64,000 nt of DNA from the NCBI GenBank assembly GCA_963811435.1, contig CAWERD010000007.1, positions 1,079,096 through 1,143,095 on the forward strand, given 5' to 3'. This DNA is from Vicinamibacterales bacterium (GTDB lineage Bacteria > Acidobacteriota > Vicinamibacteria > Vicinamibacterales > JAMQPK01). The position numbers were made by a program, and so were the translations under genes. Under the pieces are notes generated by a model, which saw only the letters and a list, made by a program, of their open reading frames with translations, did no database searches and was not told where the DNA came from. This document shows positions 58,596 through 64,000 of this stretch, one piece after another. Each line of letters opens with the position of its first letter. The stretch's first letter is position 1.

Positions 58596-59783
58596 GTGCC
58601 CCCATTGTTTTCCCGAGTCATCGTGATCGTGCTCGACAGCGTCGGTGCCGGCGCGCTCCCCGATGCCCGCGACTACGGTGATGAGGGCAGCAATACCCTC
58701 GGCAACATCGCCCGCACCGTCGGTCTGCGCGTTCCGACGCTTCGCAGCCTGGGGCTCGATCGCATCGTCGATATCGGCGGAGAGGTGAGCGTCCAGGTGC
58801 CGCACGCCGCGATCGGCCGTATGGCGGAAATGTCGGCAGGGAAGGATTCGGTGACCGGTCACTGGGAGATGATGGGCATCGTGCTCGACCGCGCGTTCCC
58901 CGTATTTCCAGATGGCTTCCCCAGGGAACTGATTGACGCGTTCGAGCAGGGAGTCGGGCGAGGTTCGCTCGGCAACTACGCCGCGTCGGGCACGACCATC
59001 ATCGACGACCTGGGGCCCGAGCACATGCGGACGGGAAAGCCGATTGTCTACACATCGGCGGACAGCGTGTTTCAGATCGCCGCTCACGAGGACGTGATTC
59101 CGATTGAAGAGCAGTACCGGATCAACGCCGTGGCCTTCGAGCTCGCGGTTCGCGGTTACGGACTCGGGCGTGTGATTGCCCGGCCGTTTGCCGGAAAGCC
59201 GGGAAGCTTCACGCGAACGGCCAATCGCAGGGACTTTGCGATGATGCCGACTTCCGAAACGGTGCTCGACCGGCTCGCGGCGGCGCACGTTGCGGTCGTT
59301 GCCATCGGCAAGATCGAGGATCTGTTTGCGGGCCGTGGCATTACGCGAGCGATTCATACAGCGAGCGACGACGAAGGCGTCGACGTCATCTCGTCGGAGA
59401 TGGCATCGACCCCGCGCGGGCTGATCTTCGCGAACCTGGTCGACTTCGACACACAATACGGTCACCGCAACAGCGTGGACGGGTATGCGGCCAACCTCGA
59501 GCGCTTCGACGCACGGCTCAAGGACTTGCTGCCGCGGTTGCGTGACGACGATCTGATGGTGATTACCGCCGACCACGGCAACGATCCCACGACGCCGAGC
59601 ACCGATCACTCGCGCGAGCATGTGCCGCTGCTGGTGACAGGACCGCATGTGACCTCTGGCGTCAATCTCGGCACGCGCACGACGTTTGCCGACCTGGGAC
59701 AAACCGTGGCGGAAAATTTCGGGGTGGGTGCGATGAAATACGGCAAGAGCTTTTTGCCGGAAATACGGCACGGGCAGGGCTAA
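58596..59783 (+). CDS. deoB: Phosphopentomutase
   Basis: 395 aa with VIVLDSVGAGALPDA, GKDSVTGHWEMMG, FANLVDFDTQYGHRN and ITADHGNDPT. The stop TAA lies in a REP loop. Confidence 0.9.
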   Translation: MPPLFSRVIVIVLDSVGAGALPDARDYGDEGSNTLGNIARTVGLRVPTLRSLGLDRIVDIGGEVSVQVPHAAIGRMAEMSAGKDSVTGHWEMMGIVLDRAFPVFPDGFPRELIDAFEQGVGRGSLGNYAASGTTIIDDLGPEHMRTGKPIVYTSADSVFQIAAHEDVIPIEEQYRINAVAFELAVRGYGLGRVIARPFAGKPGSFTRTANRRDFAMMPTSETVLDRLAAAHVAVVAIGKIEDLFAGRGITRAIHTASDDEGVDVISSEMASTPRGLIFANLVDFDTQYGHRNSVDGYAANLERFDARLKDLLPRLRDDDLMVITADHGNDPTTPSTDHSREHVPLLVTGPHVTSGVNLGTRTTFADLGQTVAENFGVGAMKYGKSFLPEIRHGQG

Positions 59784-59911
59784 AGCCCTGCGCCATCGGA
59801 TAGGCGGGGCTAGAGCCCTGCGCCGCCGGATAGGCAGGGCTAAAGCCCTGCGCTACCGATGCCGCATTACCGATGCACACTAGTACCGGTAGCGCAGCCC
59901 TTTAGGGCTGC
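59774..59911. repeat. REP-like array: three tandem reverse-orientation copies plus one forward copy
   Basis: 59774..59799 is gcagggctaaagccctgcgccatcgg. 59804..59829 is gcggggctagagccctgcgccgccgg. 59834..59858 is gcagggctaaagccctgcgctaccg. 59886..59911 is ccggtagcgcagccctttagggctgc. Confidence 0.9.
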
Positions 59912-59919
59912 CAATACAT

Positions 59920-60981
59920 ATGGCCAGCATCCGTAAACACCTCGAAGCGCGCGAGCGACAGATCCTGGCGCCCCAGGCGGCCAAGAGCGCCGACACGCGC
60001 GGACGTCTGCGCGAAGAGTCCGAAGACGACGTGCGCCCCGCGTTTCAGCGCGATCGCGATCGCATCGTGCACTCGAAGGCGTTTCGCCGGCTCAAGCACA
60101 AGACCCAGGTCTTTTTCGCGCCGACCGGAGACCACTACCGCACCCGGCTGACGCACACGCTCGAGGTGGCGCAGATCTCGCGGACCATTGCCAAGGTCCT
60201 GCAGCTTCACGAAGAGCTCACCGAAGCGATTGCGCTCGGCCACGATCTCGGCCACACGCCGTTTGGACATGCGGGCGAGCGCGTGCTCGACGAGCTCATC
60301 CCCGGCGGGTTCAATCACTACCAGCAGAGCCTTCGCATCGTCGACGTGCTCGAGAACGATCGCCATGGCCTGAACCTGACGTGGGAAGTGCGCGACGGCA
60401 TCGCGCATCATTCGAAAGGCAAGGGTGGCTCGCCTGTCGGTGTGCCGGTGTCACAGCGGTCCAAAACACTCGAAGGACAGATCGTTCGCGTGGCCGATCT
60501 GACGGCGTACGTCAACCACGACATCGACGACGCCCAGCGGGCGGGCATTCTGCGCGCCGAGGATTTGCCGCGGAAGGCCGTCGCCAGCCTCGGCGAAACG
60601 TCGTCGGCACGGATCGGCCGCATGGTCAAAGACGTCGTCGAGGCAACGTTTGCGGGCAATCTTTCCGAGATCCGGATGAGCGGCGAGGTGCTCGAGGCCA
60701 CGCTCGAGCTGCGAACGTTCCTGTTCAGCGCTGTTTACGAGAACGAGTCGGCGACAGCGGAGTTCAAGAAAGCGACCGGCATTCTCGGCGGCCTGTGGGA
60801 GAAGATTCGCGAGCGTCCCAAAGACTTTCTCGACGAACGCACCATCGCCGAAGAGGGCGTCGATGCCGCCGCCCGCGATTTTCTGGCCGGCATGACCGAC
60901 AGATACGCCGTGAACCTCTTCGAAACGCTGTTCATTCCCAAGCCGTGGGTGGGGCCGATCGATCTGGTCGATGGACAATAG
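59920..60981 (+). CDS. dgt: dGTPase-like HD-domain triphosphohydrolase (short housekeeping type)
   Basis: 353 aa with FQRDRDRIVHSKAFRRLKHKTQVF, RTRLTHTLEVAQISR and LGHDLGHTPFGH. Confidence 0.85.
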   Translation: MASIRKHLEARERQILAPQAAKSADTRGRLREESEDDVRPAFQRDRDRIVHSKAFRRLKHKTQVFFAPTGDHYRTRLTHTLEVAQISRTIAKVLQLHEELTEAIALGHDLGHTPFGHAGERVLDELIPGGFNHYQQSLRIVDVLENDRHGLNLTWEVRDGIAHHSKGKGGSPVGVPVSQRSKTLEGQIVRVADLTAYVNHDIDDAQRAGILRAEDLPRKAVASLGETSSARIGRMVKDVVEATFAGNLSEIRMSGEVLEATLELRTFLFSAVYENESATAEFKKATGILGGLWEKIRERPKDFLDERTIAEEGVDAAARDFLAGMTDRYAVNLFETLFIPKPWVGPIDLVDGQ

Positions 60982-61013
60982 TCGGTGGGCGATGGGCCAT
61001 GGATCCCCGACTC

Positions 61014-61042
61014 TGGACCACCGCCCGGTCGCAGACTATAAT
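61014..61042 (+). promoter_or_regulatory. Candidate sigma-70 promoter of the yceD-rpmF-plsX-fab operon
   Basis: TGGACC (61014..61019), a 17-nt spacer, then a perfect TATAAT (61037..61042). Confidence 0.35.
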
Positions 61043-61084
61043 GGAGCGTTCTACCAATGCTAAAACGCTGGTAGAGCGCAGGTT

Positions 61085-61612
61085 ATGCAGCTAAGCCTTC
61101 GATCGTTACAGGACGCGCACGAGCATTTCGAGAATCGGTACGAGCCGTCGCTCCTGCCCGGTACCGAAGGTGAAGCGTTTCGCGTTGTTTCCCCTGTCAC
61201 CTTGTCGTTCGACGTAGATCGGCAGGAGACCGGTCGCTATCGCGTCGCGGGGCATCTGACGGGTGAGCTCGAAATGACCTGCAGCCGATGCCTCGAGCCG
61301 TTCACGCTGCCGATCGCGACCGACTTCGATTTGCGGTATGTGCCGCGCGTCGACAACGCGGGCGACGGCGAAAAGGAAGTGGAAGAGGACGATCTGTCGA
61401 CGGCGTTCTACGACAACGACCAGATCGACCTTTCGCAGCTCATCATGGAGCAGTTCCAGCTGGCGCTGCCCATGAAGCCTTTGTGCACGGACGCCTGCAA
61501 AGGTCTGTGCCCGCAGTGCGGCACGAACCTGAACACCGGCACGTGCGACTGCGATCAGAAGTGGGAAGATCCGCGCCTCGCGGCGCTGAAGGCCATCAAA
61601 CGGACCGACTAG
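61085..61612 (+). CDS. yceD: YceD/DUF177 family protein (23S rRNA accumulation protein)
   Basis: 175 aa with Cys pairs CSRCLEPF and CKGLCPQCGTNLNTGTCDC. It sits in the conserved position upstream of rpmF. Confidence 0.8.
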   Translation: MQLSLRSLQDAHEHFENRYEPSLLPGTEGEAFRVVSPVTLSFDVDRQETGRYRVAGHLTGELEMTCSRCLEPFTLPIATDFDLRYVPRVDNAGDGEKEVEEDDLSTAFYDNDQIDLSQLIMEQFQLALPMKPLCTDACKGLCPQCGTNLNTGTCDCDQKWEDPRLAALKAIKRTD

Positions 61613-61649
61613 ACTCTTGACTTTCGACTTTAGACTTTCGACTTAGAGG
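61613..61649. repeat. GACTTTC/GACTTTA tandem array abutting the yceD stop
   Basis: The stop TAG is followed by actcttgactttcgactttagactttcgacttagagg. Confidence 0.75.
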
Positions 61650-61657
61650 ATCAACTC

Positions 61658-61840
61658 ATGCCCAATCCCAAACGGCGGCACTCGAAATCGCGCACGTCAA
61701 AGCGCCGCGCGCACGACGCGCTCGTCCCGACGCAATCGAGCGACTGCCCGAATTGCCGTGAACCCAAGCCCCCACACCGTGCCTGTCCGCATTGCGGGTA
61801 TTACCGCGGCAGACAGGTTCGCGCGGTTGATGAGGGGTAA
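61658..61840 (+). CDS. rpmF: 50S ribosomal protein L32
   Basis: 60 aa with [19 protein letters not shown] and the zinc ribbon CPNC..CPHCG. Confidence 0.95.
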   Translation: MPNPKRRHSKSRTSKRRAHDALVPTQSSDCPNCREPKPPHRACPHCGYYRGRQVRAVDEG

Positions 61841-61923
61841 GCACACGTGTCCGGTCGCAGCCTTCCGACTTCAGGCTCCCGGCGCGGCCCGCAGTCCGCA
61901 GCCCGCAGTCTGAAGCCCACTTC

Positions 61924-62928
61924 ATGATCCGCATCGCCGTAGACGCGATGGGGGGCGACCACGCTCCCCGCAGCATCATCGACGGCGCCCTGGCTGCCGC
62001 GCGTCACCTCGATCTCGGGCTTCTGCTGGCCGGCTCGGCCGACGTGATTCGCGCCGAGCTCGCGAGACATCCCGACGCCGACGAGCTCAGCATCCGCATC
62101 CTCGACGCGCCCGACATCATCGGCATGGCCGAGGCGCCGGCCGCCGCGCTGCGGCGCAAGCCGCGAGCGTCGATTCGCGCGGCTGCAGAATCGGTGGCGA
62201 ATGGAGAAGCTGCGGCGCTCGTCAGCGCCGGCCACACGGGTGCGACGGTGCTTTCGTCTTACGGCGCGTTCGGCATGCTGCCAGGTGTCGATCGGCCCGC
62301 GCTCGCGGCGACGATTCCGTCGGGGGACCGGCTCGGTATCCTCCTCGACGTCGGCGCCAACGTCGAGTGCCGGGCGGCGCATCTGTTGCAGTTCGGCGCC
62401 ATGGGTGCGGTGTACGCAAGAGTGTCGCTCGGCATCGATCGCCCGCGGATCGGGCTGCTGTCGATCGGCGAGGAAGAGAGCAAAGGCACCGAGCTGATTC
62501 GCGAGGCGCATCAGTTGTTGAAGGCCTCGTCGCTCAACTTCATCGGCAATGTCGAAGCGCGCGAGGTGTACAAGGGCAACGCGGACGTGATAGTCTGCGA
62601 CGGCTTTACCGGCAATATCGCGCTCAAAGCGAGCGAAGGGCTCGTCGACACGGTCGAGCGGCTCCTCGGAGAAGAATTGTCGAGAACATTTTCCGGCATG
62701 GTCGGTTCACTTCTGTCGCGGCGCGCCTTCCGGCGGTTCCGGCGGCGTCTCGATTACTCCGAGTACGGCGGCGCACCGCTGCTCGGTGTGGCGGGCGTCT
62801 GTTTCGTCTGCCACGGCCGCTCCTCAGCCAAGGCCGTCCGCAACGCCATTCTCATGGCCCACCGTTTCACGACCGCCGGCTTCCTGCATCGCGTCGAGCA
62901 GGAAATCGCCACCGCATCTGTTTCATGA
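61924..62928 (+). CDS. plsX: Phosphate acyltransferase PlsX
   Basis: 334 aa with IAVDAMGGDHAP, VSAGHTGA, CDGFTGNIALK and GAPLLGVAGVCFVCHGRSS. Confidence 0.95.
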   Translation: MIRIAVDAMGGDHAPRSIIDGALAAARHLDLGLLLAGSADVIRAELARHPDADELSIRILDAPDIIGMAEAPAAALRRKPRASIRAAAESVANGEAAALVSAGHTGATVLSSYGAFGMLPGVDRPALAATIPSGDRLGILLDVGANVECRAAHLLQFGAMGAVYARVSLGIDRPRIGLLSIGEEESKGTELIREAHQLLKASSLNFIGNVEAREVYKGNADVIVCDGFTGNIALKASEGLVDTVERLLGEELSRTFSGMVGSLLSRRAFRRFRRRLDYSEYGGAPLLGVAGVCFVCHGRSSAKAVRNAILMAHRFTTAGFLHRVEQEIATASVS

Positions 62929-63866
62929 TTGCATTCGTTTTTCCAGGACAGGGATCCCAGAAGGTCGGAATGGGGCGCGCGCTCGCCGAGGCGTTCCCGG
63001 TTGCGCGTCAGGTGTTTGCCGAGGCAGACGACGCGCTCGGCGAGTCGCTGAGCCGGTTGATCTGGGACGGGCCGGAAGACGCGCTGATGCTGACCGAGAA
63101 CACCCAGCCTGCCATTCTCACGGCCAGCATCGCCGTCTACCGCGTGCTCGAGTCCGAAGGGCTGGCGTCGAATGTGGCGTTTGTCGCCGGGCACAGCCTT
63201 GGCGAGTACACCGCGAATGTTGCCGCCGGCACCTTCTCGTTTGCGGACGCCGTTCGCACCGTGCGGCGCCGCGGCCGGTACATGCAGGAAGCGGTGCCCG
63301 TTGGCGCCGGTGCCATGTCGGCGATCCTCGGCCTCGACGTCGGCAAGGTGATGCAGGCGTGCGAGGAAGCCGCACAGGGTGACGTCGTATCTCCCGCAAA
63401 CATGAATGGCGCCGGCCAGGTGGTCATTGCCGGTTCGAAGGAAGCCGTCGAACGCGCAGGCGCACGCGCGAAAGCGCTTGGGGCCAAGCGGGTGCTGCCG
63501 CTGCCGGTCAGCGCGCCCTTTCACTGCCGGCTGATGAAGCCGGCCGAAGACCGCCTCGCCCCCGAGCTGCGGGCGCTGGCGATCCAGGACCCGCGCATTC
63601 CCGTCGTCGCGAATGTCGATGCGCAGCCGAAGCGTGATGGAGCGTCGGCGATCGACGCGCTCGTGCGACAGGTATCGGCTGCAGTCCGCTGGGAAGATTC
63701 GGTGCGCCGCCTTGCGTCGGATGGCGTCACGACATATGTTGAAGCTGGTCCTGGCACGGTCCTCAGCGGGCTCATTCGCAAGATTCAGCATCACGCGCAT
63801 GTGGCTGCCATTGGCGCGCCGGACGACCTGGAATCGGTGCGGGCGTTGTTCGCGGTGACCAAATAA
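62925..63866 (+). CDS. fabD: Malonyl CoA-ACP transacylase
   Basis: [17 protein letters not shown], the GHSLGEYTA active site, and PVSAPFHC. The ATGA overlaps the plsX stop. Confidence 0.95.
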   Translation: MIAFVFPGQGSQKVGMGRALAEAFPVARQVFAEADDALGESLSRLIWDGPEDALMLTENTQPAILTASIAVYRVLESEGLASNVAFVAGHSLGEYTANVAAGTFSFADAVRTVRRRGRYMQEAVPVGAGAMSAILGLDVGKVMQACEEAAQGDVVSPANMNGAGQVVIAGSKEAVERAGARAKALGAKRVLPLPVSAPFHCRLMKPAEDRLAPELRALAIQDPRIPVVANVDAQPKRDGASAIDALVRQVSAAVRWEDSVRRLASDGVTTYVEAGPGTVLSGLIRKIQHHAHVAAIGAPDDLESVRALFAVTK

Positions 63867-64000
63867 TGCTCGAGCTCACGGGAAAAGTGGCGCTGGTGAC
63901 GGGCGCGTCGCGCGGTATCGGTGCCGCCATCGCGAAGCGCCTCGCCGCTCAGGGCGCAATGGTCGTGGCAGCCGCGCGCGGGACCAACGCCGAGTCGAAC
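63866..64000 (+). CDS. fabG: 3-oxoacyl-ACP reductase FabG, N-terminal 45 codons (runs off right edge)
   Basis: [34 protein letters not shown] carries the SDR TGxxxGIG motif. It sits in the conserved position after fabD. Confidence 0.85.
   Translation, partial: MLELTGKVALVTGASRGIGAAIAKRLAAQGAMVVAAARGTNAESN

Noticed and set aside
59774-59911. Possible CRISPR array (regularly spaced roughly 25-nt repeats).
   Set aside because: The units are separated by only 4-5 nt, or by one 27-nt gap. One copy is inverted. The same unit occurs singly or as doublets at many other gene ends. There are no spacers and no cas genes. It is a REP/BIME-type array.
59920-60981. dGTPase as an anti-phage nucleotide-depletion defence gene.
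   Set aside because: It is the short (353 aa) housekeeping-type HD protein. It sits next to deoB and the yceD-rpmF operon with no other defence genes or mobile-element signatures.

Overview
The window is a visibly GC-rich chromosomal segment from a diderm bacterium. BamA, Skp, FabZ/LpxA/LpxI, LolCDE, Lnt and TonB are all present. The gene content (futalosine menaquinone pathway, LpxI, HspR, fused MFS/spermidine synthase) and the intergenic repeat style suggest an Acidobacteriota-like soil organism, but that is inference only. I call about 60 protein genes, mostly on the + strand and almost all housekeeping:
- NfeD-SPFH-SPOR, a response-regulator GGDEF-EAL protein, lnt, and prfB with its programmed +1 frameshift.
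- PBP1A, dnaK-dnaJ-hspR and a DnaC-like ATPase, hemW, and meaB with a methylmalonyl-CoA epimerase.
- mtnP, a PfkB kinase, a phosphofructokinase, ribH-nusB, lysS, lolC/E and lolD, and clpC.
- bamA-skp-fabZ-lpxA-lpxI.
- A futalosine/menaquinone cluster: UbiD-like, mqnA, a radical SAM MqnE/C, a deaminase-like amidohydrolase, UbiA-like and ubiE.
- dut, tonB-like, miaA, deoB, dgt, and yceD-rpmF-plsX-fabD-fabG.

I found no rRNA, complete tRNA, CRISPR array, transposase, integrase or recognisable defence operon. The only accessory-looking genes are a solitary frameshifted DNA methyltransferase, a fused MFS/spermidine-synthase-like membrane protein and a methyltransferase remnant.

Two things stand out.
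1. The intergenic space is saturated with several families of short structured repeats.
   - REP/REPIN-like hairpins carry a GTAG head, and three genes take their stop codon from the hairpin loop.
   - A GGGGTCWGACCCC palindrome family includes a 91-bp in-frame insertion in a CDS.
   - Many stop-codon-abutting tandem 7-9-mer arrays are arranged as inverted arms.
2. Many essential genes (bamA, clpC, fabZ, lpxA, pfk, mtnP and others) are broken by single-base frameshifts while neighbouring long genes are intact. This most likely reflects uncorrected assembly indels rather than biology.

I do not see a convincing novel multi-gene system. The best candidates for novelty are the repeat families, a radical-SAM-motif-less MqnC/E paralog inside the mqn cluster, and two apparent gene fusions (epimerase-MBL and FabZ-LpxA). 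All functional calls rest on motif recognition by eye; no database search was possible.
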